A stretch of 63,873 nucleotides of DNA, the filler included. It is 8 parts of 8 records of this genome, joined end to end, with 100 filler letters (N's around TTAATTAATTAA, not from the genome) between each part and the next. Parts side by side here need not be neighbours in the genome. Positions count along the whole stretch, not along the records: positions 29,653 to 35,515 come from SRR31156797_98261; positions 35,616 to 48,384 come from SRR31156797_98485; 6 more parts are not named here. One strand, 5' to 3'. The notes beneath the pieces were generated by a model. It was not told the DNA's origin. It did no database searches and saw only the letters and a program-made list of their open reading frames with translations. Below are positions 31,202 through 40,768 of this stretch, piece after piece; within the stretch, counting starts at the first letter, position 1, and each line of letters begins with the position of its first letter. Made by a program: the position numbers and the translations under genes.

Positions 31202-32803
31202 ATGGGACTTTTCAAGAAGACCAATCCGCGTCGCAACCAAGTCCGGCGCAACGTTACGACCGGGCGTTCGGTCAAGCTCTCGTCTCTGCTGAACGCCGAG
31301 GTGATCGTATCGTTGCTGTTGTGGTTGCTGTTCGTGGTAGTTTGCACGGCGATTCTCTCGTTCGAGTTCTTCGAGCAGGGCCGCTATGTTGCCTTGGCGG
31401 CGTTGTTGGCCGTCATCGTGTTCGTTTCGGTGGGGGCGGGTTTCTATGCCTATCACTATCAGAGGCGTCTGATTCACAACCACACCCGCGCCCTGGCTCT
31501 GATCGTGGTGCTCCTGGTGCTGCTGGGGGCCACGAAGGTCGGGGTGCTTTCCAGCGGAGCCGCCGGCTGGGGCTCGGGTTGGGGAACGGGCACGGCGGTC
31601 GTGGCCGCCATCGTTCTGGTGATCGCCTACGACCAGCGTTTCGCCATCGGAATGAGCACGCTGTACTGCATTCTCGTTTGTCTGGCGCTGGGACCGCGGT
31701 TCGACGGCAGGTTCCAGCTTCAGGGGATCGGGCTGCTGATGACGATGGCCTCCGGCGCGGCGGTCTGCTGCTTCTCCTTACGCGAGATTCGCACCCGCAT
31801 GAAACTTTTGGAGGTCAGTGCGCTGGCGGCCGTGGTTGTGTTCTTGGTGGCCTTGGCGTCGGCCTTTCTGGATCTGCGCGGGGCGCGGCCTGAGTTTGCG
31901 GCCGCCATGCGGGCGGCCGGATACCACGCCGGGGCAGCCTTTCTCGGTGGTCTGCTTATTCAGAGCCTCTTGCCCCTGATCGAGAAGACGTTTCGCATCG
32001 CCACCAGCATGACGCTGCTGGATTATTCCGATGCGAATCAACCGCTCCTGAAGAAGCTGGCCATGGAGGCCCCCGGAACGTTTAGCCACAGTCTGCTGAT
32101 CGGCTCGATTGCCGAAGCGGCCGCCGAGGCGATCGGCGCCAACGGGTTGCTCTGTCGGGTGGGCGCCTATTACCACGATATCGGCAAACTCAACAAGCCC
32201 AAGTATTTCGTCGAAAATGAGATGGGCTCGGCCAGCAAGCACAAGGAACTCTCGCCCGCCATGAGCCAGTTGGTGATCGTCGGCCACGTCAAAGACGGTG
32301 TGGAACTGGCCAAGGAATATGGTTTGCCCGCCGTGATACGACAGTTCATCGAGACGCATCACGGGACCACGCTGGTCGAACCGTTCTACAACGAGGCGAA
32401 GAAGAAGCACGAAGCCCCCGGACCCGAAGGCGCCGGCAAGAAGCCGAAAGAGGCTCCGCCGAGTGAGAGTGAATTCCGCTATGCCGGTCCGCGCCCGAAG
32501 AGCAAAGAAGCGGCGATTGTCATGCTGTCCGATGCGGTCGAAGGGGCGGTTCGGTCGCTGTCCGATGTCACCTTGGCCAAGGTGGAGATTGTTGTGCACA
32601 ACATGGCCATGCGGCGTCTGCAGGACGGGCAGTTCGACGAGTGCGATCTGACCCTGCGGGAACTCAGCGGGATTGAGACCGGCATGTCCAAGGCGCTGGC
32701 GGCGCATCACCATGGCCGTATCGCCTACCCGACTCCGCCGGACGCGCCCATGGAGACGCCAGGGGCCCCGAAGCCGAGCACACCCAAGATGGTCCGGACC
32801 TGA
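31202..32803 (+). CDS. Membrane HDIG/HD phosphohydrolase (PgpH-like c-di-AMP phosphodiesterase)
   Basis: N-terminal transmembrane helices, EAPGTFSHS, YYHDIGK, HHGT, FRYAGPRP, MLSDAVE. Confidence 0.88.
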   Translation: MGLFKKTNPRRNQVRRNVTTGRSVKLSSLLNAEVIVSLLLWLLFVVVCTAILSFEFFEQGRYVALAALLAVIVFVSVGAGFYAYHYQRRLIHNHTRALALIVVLLVLLGATKVGVLSSGAAGWGSGWGTGTAVVAAIVLVIAYDQRFAIGMSTLYCILVCLALGPRFDGRFQLQGIGLLMTMASGAAVCCFSLREIRTRMKLLEVSALAAVVVFLVALASAFLDLRGARPEFAAAMRAAGYHAGAAFLGGLLIQSLLPLIEKTFRIATSMTLLDYSDANQPLLKKLAMEAPGTFSHSLLIGSIAEAAAEAIGANGLLCRVGAYYHDIGKLNKPKYFVENEMGSASKHKELSPAMSQLVIVGHVKDGVELAKEYGLPAVIRQFIETHHGTTLVEPFYNEAKKKHEAPGPEGAGKKPKEAPPSESEFRYAGPRPKSKEAAIVMLSDAVEGAVRSLSDVTLAKVEIVVHNMAMRRLQDGQFDECDLTLRELSGIETGMSKALAAHHHGRIAYPTPPDAPMETPGAPKPSTPKMVRT

Positions 32804-32810
32804 GGCCCCC

Positions 32811-33275
32811 ATGATCACCAGCCAAATCACGAGCCATTGTGACGAGATCCCCGTGGACCTGCCGAAGCTGGAGACGCTGATTCAGACGGTCTGCGACCGC
32901 TTTAACGTCTCCGAGGCGACGATCAGCGTGGGCGTTGTCGACGATGCCGAGATCAGCGAGCTGAACCAGAAGTACCTCCGCCACGAGGGTCCTACCGATT
33001 GCCTGAGCTTCGATCTTTCCGACGAGCAGGCCGAGGGCGAGGGCGGCGCCCCCGTGTTCGATCTCATCGTCAACGGCCAGATGGCGACCCGGCAGGCCGC
33101 CGAGCGTGGCCATACCGGTCAGGCCGAACTGGCTCTCTACGTGACACACGGTTTGCTGCATCAACTGGGATTCGACGACACCACGCCGGAGCAGGCCCAA
33201 AAAATGCACCAGACGGAAGACGAGATTCTGCAACACGCCGGTTACGGGTTGGTGTATAATGGCGGCCCGAGGTAG
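32811..33275 (+). CDS. ybeY: rRNA maturation RNase YbeY
   Basis: LNQKYL..GPTDCLSF, HGLLHQLGFDD; operon position. Confidence 0.9.
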   Translation: MITSQITSHCDEIPVDLPKLETLIQTVCDRFNVSEATISVGVVDDAEISELNQKYLRHEGPTDCLSFDLSDEQAEGEGGAPVFDLIVNGQMATRQAAERGHTGQAELALYVTHGLLHQLGFDDTTPEQAQKMHQTEDEILQHAGYGLVYNGGPR

Positions 33276-33334
33276 CGGCAGGCTCACGTATGCCTGCCGG
33301 ACTGGATTGATTCGCATTGAAAGGGTAATCACAA

Positions 33335-34621
33335 GTGGGCTTCATCGGTTGGGCCGTGCTGTTGATATGCCTGTTCGTTGGAGCGACGCTTTTCTTCTCT
33401 GTCAATGCCATCGCGTTGCGGATTTTCTCCCGTCTCCGATTGCAGGAAGCGTTCAAAGCGGCCAACGGAGAGGAACAGCCCCAGGTCGTCGACGCGCTGG
33501 TGGATGACGCGGACCGCCTGATCCTCACCTGCTCCTTCTTCCGACTCGTCTTCAACGTGGCTTCGCTGTTGCTATTGGTGGCGCTCATCTCGGTGCTCCA
33601 GGGTCCGGCGTTGCATCTCGTTCATTACGTCGCGGTCTTTCTCGTGACCCTGGCCATCTTTTCGATTTTCAGCCTGGCCCTGCCCCACGCCTGGGCGAAA
33701 TATGCCGGTGAGAAATTGCTCAGTCGGACCTATGGCCTGCTGAAAGTGTTCGCCGCTCTGGCATTTCCCGTCCTCTCTATCCTGCGGCTCTACGATGGGT
33801 TCGTACGTCGGCTGGCGGGCGTTCCCGAAGCGACCGCCGCCGAGCAACTCGAGGAGCGACACGAGGAATTCCTCGAAGATCTCGAACAGCATCGGATGGA
33901 AGGGACGTTCGACGAGGAAGAGCAGGAGATGATCGAGAACGTCCTGGAACTGAGCGAGAGCACGGCCGATGAGATCATGACGCCGCGCACGGATCTGGTG
34001 GCGATCGAACTGCATGCCGACTTGCCGACGGTGCTTGCGACCGTCGAGAGGGCGGGGCACTCCCGCATCCCGGTTTACGAGGAACGTATCGACAACATCG
34101 TCGGGCTGATCTACGCCAAGGATCTGCTGGCCGAGATCGGCCAGGACCCGGCCGAATTTCGCCTCAAGGATCGGATGCGCGAGGCGTATTTTGTTCCGGA
34201 GACCAAGCCGCTCCGTGCGCTGCTCCACGAGTTTCAGAACCAGAAGCTGCACATCGCGATCGTGCTCGATGAGTACGGCGGGACCGCCGGCATTGTGACC
34301 CTGGAAGACATCATCGAGGAACTGGTCGGCGAGATCACCGACGAATACGAGGAAACGCCACCGGATGCGATCAAGAAGGTGGACGAGCACACGCTCGACG
34401 TCGATGCGCGCTCGTACGTGGACGATCTCAACGACGAGTACGAGTTGGATCTGCCTGAGGACGAGGACTACGACACGGTCGGCGGGTTTGTCCTGGCCCG
34501 GCTGGGCTACGTCCCCAAGGCCGGCGAGCAACTGGACTACAAGGATCTGGAGTTCACCATCGCCTCGGCCGAGCCGCGTCGCATCAATCGCATTACCATC
34601 CGAAAAGTGCCCCAAGAGTAG
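33335..34621 (+). CDS. CNNM/DUF21-CBS-CorC (hemolysin family) protein
   Basis: N-terminal TM domain, IMTPR, HSRIPVY, DEYGGTAGIVTLEDIIEELVGEI, YDTVGG. Confidence 0.92.
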   Translation: MGFIGWAVLLICLFVGATLFFSVNAIALRIFSRLRLQEAFKAANGEEQPQVVDALVDDADRLILTCSFFRLVFNVASLLLLVALISVLQGPALHLVHYVAVFLVTLAIFSIFSLALPHAWAKYAGEKLLSRTYGLLKVFAALAFPVLSILRLYDGFVRRLAGVPEATAAEQLEERHEEFLEDLEQHRMEGTFDEEEQEMIENVLELSESTADEIMTPRTDLVAIELHADLPTVLATVERAGHSRIPVYEERIDNIVGLIYAKDLLAEIGQDPAEFRLKDRMREAYFVPETKPLRALLHEFQNQKLHIAIVLDEYGGTAGIVTLEDIIEELVGEITDEYEETPPDAIKKVDEHTLDVDARSYVDDLNDEYELDLPEDEDYDTVGGFVLARLGYVPKAGEQLDYKDLEFTIASAEPRRINRITIRKVPQE

Positions 34622-34623
34622 CC

Positions 34624-35379
34624 ATGTTGACCAAGGATCGGGCCGTCTGTATCCGTGCCGTCGACTACTCCGAGAGTTCGCAGGTAGTGACGTTCTTCGC
34701 TCGCCTGGCGGGAAAAATCGGCGCCATTGCCAAGGGTTCGCGGCGGCGCAAGTCGGCCTTCGACGGTCCGATCGAGGTCCTTTCCTTTGGTGATATCGTC
34801 TTCACGGAGGTCCACAAGGACCGGCTGGCGACGCTCACGGAATATCGGCAGGAGCCTCTGCGGGGCGGCCTGCGCCGTAACCTCTTCGCGCTGCACAGTG
34901 CCCTCTTCGGGGCCGAATTGCTGAACAAACTCACCCATGACGGCGACCCCCACCTGGTCCTGTTCGATCAGTTCACGCAGTTCTTGCAGGACATCGACGA
35001 AGCCGCGCTCGAAGGGCAGCGGCGTGACATCCTGCTGCACCTGGTGCTGCTCCAACTGGCGCTTCTGCATGAAGTTGGGCTGCGACCGAATTTCAAGAAT
35101 TGTGCCAATTGCCGGCAGGCATTCTCACCGGCCTGGCGCGAAAGCTACTTCAGCAGTCTGGCCAACGGGCTTCTCTGCCAGGATTGCGAAATGAGCTTCC
35201 CCGACCGGGTCCGACTCAGTGTGCGGGCCGTCAACGGTCTGGCCAACCTGAGACAACTGGCGGAGATGCCGGAACCGGCGCTCGACGAGATTGAGGGCGT
35301 CCTGATTCACCATTTCACCGAGACCCTGGGCCAGCGCCCACGAATGGCCAAGCATGTGCTGAACCCTCGCACGCGCTAG
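34624..35379 (+). CDS. recO: DNA repair protein RecO
   Basis: DYSESSQVV, GKIGAIAKG, CANC...CQDC zinc finger. Confidence 0.9.
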   Translation: MLTKDRAVCIRAVDYSESSQVVTFFARLAGKIGAIAKGSRRRKSAFDGPIEVLSFGDIVFTEVHKDRLATLTEYRQEPLRGGLRRNLFALHSALFGAELLNKLTHDGDPHLVLFDQFTQFLQDIDEAALEGQRRDILLHLVLLQLALLHEVGLRPNFKNCANCRQAFSPAWRESYFSSLANGLLCQDCEMSFPDRVRLSVRAVNGLANLRQLAEMPEPALDEIEGVLIHHFTETLGQRPRMAKHVLNPRTR

Positions 35380-35412
35380 ATCCGGATACTCTGAATCGAT
35401 TCAATCGCTGTT

Positions 35413-35515
35413 TGTTATCCTGAATGGAGCGCAGCGAAGTGAAGGATCTGGGCCGGGTAGCAAAGGTCTCACAGTTCGGAGGCCGGATCCCATTCGACTT
35501 CGCTCAGGGCAAGCT
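35413..35515. repeat. REP/MITE-like palindromic intergenic repeat, cut by the fragment end
   Basis: CCTGA..GCGAAGT-GAA-GGATC pairs with GATCC..TTC-ACTTCGC-TCAGG. Confidence 0.65.
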
Positions 35516-35615
35516 NNNNNNNNNNNNNNNNNNNNNNNNNNNNNNNNNNNNNNNNNNNNTTAATTAATTAANNNNNNNNNNNNNNNNNNNNNNNNNNNNN
35601 NNNNNNNNNNNNNNN
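35516..35615. other. Artificial contig linker
   Basis: N44-TTAATTAATTAA-N44. Confidence 0.99.
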
Positions 35616-37166
35616 CGCCGCCGCTTCGGGCTCTGCGGCCGGTTCTTCGCCTTCGAACCAGTGGGCCCGCGCCGCCATGATCACGGCGTCGGCGGATTCG
35701 GCATTCAGCGATCCGTCGGTCACAATATCCAGCAATTCGTCGCTGGCCAGATCGCCCAGATCGTCCAGGGTCTTGACCCCGGCCTCGCCGAGCGCAACCA
35801 GAATGCCCGGCGTCAGGCCTTCATGCTTGCTCAGATCTTCGGCGATCCCCAGTTCCCGGCACTTGGTCAACTGCGCTTCCTCTTCGCCGGCCAGATAGGC
35901 CCTGGCCCGGTCACGCAGTTCCTCGGCGATTTCCTCGTTGAAACCCTCGATCTCGGACAGATCGTCGACGGGAACGAAGGCGACCTCGTCGATCGACGAG
36001 AACCCTTCGGTCACCAACAGGTGGGCGATCACGTCGTCGACGTCCAGCGCGCTGGCGAACAAATCGGAAAGCGCGTTGAATTCCTGCTGGCGACGCTCCG
36101 ATTCCTCGGCCTCGGTCAGGATGTCGATATCCCACCCGGTCAATTGCGACGCCAGCCGCACGTTCTGGCCGCGACGGCCGATGGCAAGGCTGAGTTGGTC
36201 GTCGGGGACGACCACCTCGATGCGGTTGGATTCTTCGTCGAGCACGACCTTCGCCACTTCGGCCGGGGCCAGCCCGTTGACGATGAAGGTGGCCGGATCC
36301 CCGGACCACTGGATGATATCGATTTTCTCGCCTTGAAGTTCGCCGACGACGGCCTGCACGCGCGAGCCGCGCATGCCGACACAGGCGCCGACCGGATCGA
36401 TGCCCGAATCGTTCGAAAGGACGGCGATCTTGGCGCGCGATCCCGGGTCCCGGGCGACCGACTTGATCTCGATGATGCCGTCGTAAATTTCCGGCACTTC
36501 CTGGGCGAAAAGCTTCGACATGAATTCCGGATGGGTCCGCGACAGGAAGATCTGCGGCCCGCGCGCCTCTTCGCGGACGTCGACGATATAGGCCCGCACG
36601 CGGTCACCGTTGTTGAAATGCTCGCGCGGAATGCATTCGTCGCGGCGCAGCAGGGATTCGGCCCGGCCCAAATCGACCACCACATTGCCGAACTCGACCC
36701 GCTTGACCAGACCGTTGACGATCTCGCCGATGCGTTCCTTGAATTCCTCGTACTGCCGTTTGCGTTCGGCTTCGCGAACCCGCTGGACGATGACCTGTTT
36801 CGCGGTCTGGGCGGCGATGCGTCCGAAATCGATCGGCGGCAGCGGATCGACCAGGAATTCGCCCAATTCGGCGTCGTCCTTTTTCCGGCGGGCCCCGTCG
36901 AGGTCGATCTGGGTGGCTTCGTTTTCGACCGGATCGGCGACTTCCAGATAGCGCGCCAACGAAATCGCCCCGGAGGTGCGGTCGATGACGGCCCGGATAT
37001 CGTGCTCGTGCCCGTACTTGGAGCGCCCGGCCTTCTGAATCGCCTGCTCCATTGCCTCCAGGACCTCGTCCCGTTCGATTCCCTTGTCGCGGGCTACCGC
37101 TTCGGCCACCTGCAGAAGTTCGGGCCGCGCGTGTACCGCTTCGGTGTCTAGATTTGTATCGCTCAT
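35616..37166 (-). CDS. nusA: Transcription factor NusA (3' truncated)
   Basis: FGRIAAQTAKQVI, ARDPGSRAK, DPVGACVGMRGSR, LAIGRRGQN; ATG at 37166 overlaps the rimP stop. Confidence 0.97.
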
Positions 37167-37660
37167 GATTCCTGTCGTCCCTGCGATGCTCGGAGCAGTT
37201 CGTCTGTCATTAACAACTTGGCCCGCTGGATGTCGGGAAACGGCAGATCGATCTCTGCCCCGTCCATGGAAATCCGGACCGCGTCCTTCGTATCGTCGAT
37301 GCCGATCAAAAGACCCTTGAAACGGCGTCTGCCGTCGACCGGCGCGGCCATTTCGACACGGGCCTCGAAACCGGCAAACCGGGCGAAATCGCCCCGCTTG
37401 ACCAACGGCCGGTCGATGCCCGGCGAACTGACTTCCAGCGTATAGGCGCCGGCGATCGGGTCCTCGACGTCGAGGATGGCGGAAATGGCCCGGCTCAGAT
37501 CGGCGCAATCGTCGACCACCATGGCCGTTCCGTCCTGGCGCTCGGCCATGATCTGGAGGCGAAGTTCCTCCTTGCCCGAAAGCTGAACGCGGACCACCGA
37601 ATAGCCCATGTCCTCGACTGTCGGCGCGATGACATCCTCGATGCGATCGACCAGTTGCAT
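37163..37660 (-). CDS. rimP: Ribosome maturation factor RimP
   Basis: DDCADLSR, YTLEVSSPGIDRPL. Confidence 0.95.
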   Translation of the reverse strand: MQLVDRIEDVIAPTVEDMGYSVVRVQLSGKEELRLQIMAERQDGTAMVVDDCADLSRAISAILDVEDPIAGAYTLEVSSPGIDRPLVKRGDFARFAGFEARVEMAAPVDGRRRFKGLLIGIDDTKDAVRISMDGAEIDLPFPDIQRAKLLMTDELLRASQGRQES

Positions 37661-37819
37661 GCCTCTACGCCCGTCTGCCAACGCCCTGCAAAACCCAACC
37701 GTCCATAAAACACGAAAGGCGGGCCACCGGCCCGCCTCATCAAACCCGTCAATTTAAGGTCCAACGAGACTTTCGTCACGTAAAACGCAAGCGTGAATAT
37801 AGTTCTTCGGCCGGAAAAC

Positions 37820-38587
37820 TCAAGCGATTTCTGGCCCCGCCGGCGGGGCCGGACGGTGACGCCGAAGGCGTCGGAACGACAGGTAAAAACAGTCCCGCCC
37901 GGCAGCCAGCGCCTTGCCCTCGTAGCGGGTCCTGACCCAATCCTCGGGCGGGGTGCGCCAATCGGCCGGCGTCCGTGCCGCCCAGGCGAAATCCGGATGG
38001 CGCAGAACCTGTTCCAGGGTCCAGGCGACATAACCGCGATCGTCGCTGGCAAACCGCAGTTCGGCCCCGTCCTTCATCAGGCGGGCCAGGGCGTTCAGGG
38101 TCTCGGGCCCGAGGAAACGGCGCTTGGCATGGCGCTTTTTCGGCCACGGGTCTCCGAACAGCACGAAGACCCGGCCCAGGCAGGCGTCGGCAAGGCCCCC
38201 GAAAAGCAGGCGGGCGTCATCGTCGAAGATGCGGATATTGTCGATTTCATCGCGGTCGACGGCCGAAAGCAGCGCCGCCACGCCGTTGATGAAAGGCTCG
38301 CATCCGACAAAACCGATCCTGGGATTGGCCCGGGCCTGTGCGGCCAGGTGCTCGCCGGACCCGAAACCGATCTCCATCCAGATATCGGCAACCCCTCCGG
38401 GCCAGATATCGGCGGCGTCTCCGGGCCCGGAAAGGGCGGCCGGGGCGCCGTCGGGGCCTGGCAGCGGAAGGCGCAGGCGCGGCAGCAGCGACGCGACCAG
38501 ATCCCGGCGGCCGGGGCGCAGGCGGTGGCCGCGGCGCCGGCCGTGGAATCTTTCGGACGGATGTCTATCCGGGTCTTTGCCGGTCAT
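37820..38587 (-). CDS. trmB: tRNA (guanine-N7)-methyltransferase
   Basis: [33 protein letters not shown] overlap with metK. Confidence 0.95.
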   Translation of the reverse strand: MTGKDPDRHPSERFHGRRRGHRLRPGRRDLVASLLPRLRLPLPGPDGAPAALSGPGDAADIWPGGVADIWMEIGFGSGEHLAAQARANPRIGFVGCEPFINGVAALLSAVDRDEIDNIRIFDDDARLLFGGLADACLGRVFVLFGDPWPKKRHAKRRFLGPETLNALARLMKDGAELRFASDDRGYVAWTLEQVLRHPDFAWAARTPADWRTPPEDWVRTRYEGKALAAGRDCFYLSFRRLRRHRPAPPAGPEIA

Positions 38588-39759
38588 CCCCTCTTGAAGG
38601 CCGAAGTCAGGCCTTCCACCAGGTCGGTGCGCTCCCACGAGAAGCCGCCGTCGGCTTCCGGGTTGCGCCCGAAGTGGCCGTAAGCGGCGGTCCGCGCGTA
38701 GATCGGCCGGTTCAGGCCGAGATGTTCGCGAATGCCGCGCGGCGACAGATCGACCAGATCCTGCAGAACAACGCACAGGCGGCCGTCGTCGACGGTGCCG
38801 GTGCGGTGCGAATTGACATAGACCGACAACGGCTTCGAGACGCCGATGGCATAGGCAAGCTGGATCGTGCAACGTTCGGCCAGGCCGGCGGCGACGACGT
38901 TCTTGGCCAGATAGCGGGCGGCATAGGCGGCCGACCGGTCGACCTTGCTCGGATCCTTGCCGGAAAAGGCGCCGCCGCCGTGCGGGGCGGATCCGCCATA
39001 GGTATCGACAATGATCTTGCGCCCGGTCAGGCCGGCATCGCCGTCCGGGCCGCCGATGGCGAAACGTCCGGTCGGATTGACGTAGAATTCCTCCTCCGGG
39101 CACATCCAACCGTCGGGCAGCACCTCGAGGACGTAGGGACGGACCATTTCGCGGACGTCTTCCTGCTCCATCTCATCGGCGTGCTGGTGCGAAATCACCA
39201 CCGACGTCGCCTTCACCGGTTTGCCGTTTTCATACAGCAGGGTGACCTGGCTTTTCGAATCCGGCAGCAGGCCGGGGGTTTTGCCGGCGTGGCGGGCTTC
39301 GGCCAGTTTCAGCAGCATGGCGTGGGCGTAGTGGATCGGCGCCGGCATCAGCGCCTCGGTGTCGGTGCAGGCGTATCCGAACATCATGCCCTGGTCGCCG
39401 GCCCCTTCGTCCTTGTTGCCCGATGCATCGACGCCCATGGCGATGTCCGTCGACTGGCCGTGGACATGGACGTCGACATTCGCCTTGTCCCAGTGGAATC
39501 CGTTCTGTTCATAACCGATCTGACGGACCGTCTGGCGCGCGATCTCTTCCATTTTCGCGGAATCGATCGCCGCCGGCCCGCGGACTTCGCCGGACAGCAC
39601 GATGCGGTTGGTCGTGCACATGGTTTCGACGCCGACCCGCGAGTGGGGATCGGCCCCGAGAAAGGCGTCGACAATGGAATCGGAAATCAGGTCGCAGACC
39701 TTGTCGGGATGCCCTTCGGAAACGGATTCGCTGGTGAAAAGAAAGCTGGAAGTCGACAC
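38584..39759 (-). CDS. metK: S-adenosylmethionine synthetase
   Basis: [32 protein letters not shown] start after GGAGG. Confidence 0.97.
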   Translation of the reverse strand: MSTSSFLFTSESVSEGHPDKVCDLISDSIVDAFLGADPHSRVGVETMCTTNRIVLSGEVRGPAAIDSAKMEEIARQTVRQIGYEQNGFHWDKANVDVHVHGQSTDIAMGVDASGNKDEGAGDQGMMFGYACTDTEALMPAPIHYAHAMLLKLAEARHAGKTPGLLPDSKSQVTLLYENGKPVKATSVVISHQHADEMEQEDVREMVRPYVLEVLPDGWMCPEEEFYVNPTGRFAIGGPDGDAGLTGRKIIVDTYGGSAPHGGGAFSGKDPSKVDRSAAYAARYLAKNVVAAGLAERCTIQLAYAIGVSKPLSVYVNSHRTGTVDDGRLCVVLQDLVDLSPRGIREHLGLNRPIYARTAAYGHFGRNPEADGGFSWERTDLVEGLTSAFKRG

Positions 39760-39849
39760 TGAGTGCCCTCCAATGTCCGTTATTGCCAAATATATGGACC
39801 GAGGGCTTCGGCATACAGGCTGGATACACAGCCGTGTCGGCCGGAAAGA

Positions 39850-39902
39850 CCCACTTAGCGCCTATTTTAACGTGGTGGCAAGCGGTCCAAATCCATCCAC
39901 GG
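39850..39902 (-). ncRNA. SAM-II (SAM_alpha) riboswitch
   Basis: Minus strand CCGTGGATGGATTTGGACCGCTTGCCACCACGTTAAAATAGGCGCTAAG has the CGTGG/CCACG P1 stem plus GATTTG, TTGC and CGCTAA elements; upstream of metK. Confidence 0.85.
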
Positions 39903-40027
39903 CCGCGCACTCGGCGCGGGCGGGCGTCGTTGTCGCAACCTTTCGAATTTGCGTCAAGAAATTTCGCAAGCGGGCGGGCACGAATCGCCGCTCCCGGCAG
40001 CCTTTCGGCCCGCCCCGCATTGTGCCG

Positions 40028-40522
40028 TTACTCTTCGACGAAGCCGCCGGACAGCGATTTCGTCAGTTCGAACAGGCGCTTGCGCACTTTCGGATCGTCG
40101 ATCTTGTAGTAGGCGCGGACCAATTCCAGGGTTTCACGCCGGGCCAGGGGATCGGGCTCGTAGGCAGCCTGTTCATGGTCCCGCATGGCACGTTCACGAA
40201 CGCCTTCCGTCGTCTTGAATTCCTCCGGCATGTCGTCGAAGAAAAAGGACACCGGAACATCCAGCACCTGGCTCAGCTCGAACATCCGGCTGGCGCCGAT
40301 GCGGTTGGCGCCGCGTTCGTATTTCTGGATCTGTTGGAAGGTGAGGTTTACCGCCTCGCCCAGTTTCTCCTGGCTCATGCCAAGAAGGGTGCGCCGCAAT
40401 CGCACGCGACCGCCAACATGGACGTCGATCGGATTGGGAATTCCCGGTGGGAGCCGCCGAGCCTTGAAATTCGGTCGAGGAGGCCGGCTGACGGTTTTCT
40501 GGGTCGCAGATTTATTGTTCAT
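40028..40522 (-). CDS. XRE/HTH_3 transcriptional regulator
   Basis: PNPIDVHVG.RVRLRR..GMSQEKLG..LTFQQIQKYERGANR; typical position between lnt and metK. Confidence 0.92.
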   Translation of the reverse strand: MNNKSATQKTVSRPPRPNFKARRLPPGIPNPIDVHVGGRVRLRRTLLGMSQEKLGEAVNLTFQQIQKYERGANRIGASRMFELSQVLDVPVSFFFDDMPEEFKTTEGVRERAMRDHEQAAYEPDPLARRETLELVRAYYKIDDPKVRKRLFELTKSLSGGFVEE

Positions 40523-40768
40523 CTTTTTCACTTTTTGATCAATCAAGAACGTTCCAAAAGGCACTCGAACGATACGGGAAATCCCTGAAGGCGGTCAATA
40601 CGATTGTTTGCATGTCAGCTTGGGTTTCCGTTTGTTTTTATTGGTTTTTTTCACGGATCAGTGGATTCAGACCGAGTTTAGGAGACGATTCAGTACACTA
40701 GGGAAAACCCTTGGTCAGGGCCGGAAAAACCGCGCGGAACCTCACCTCTTCCCTTTGATTCTCTTCCG

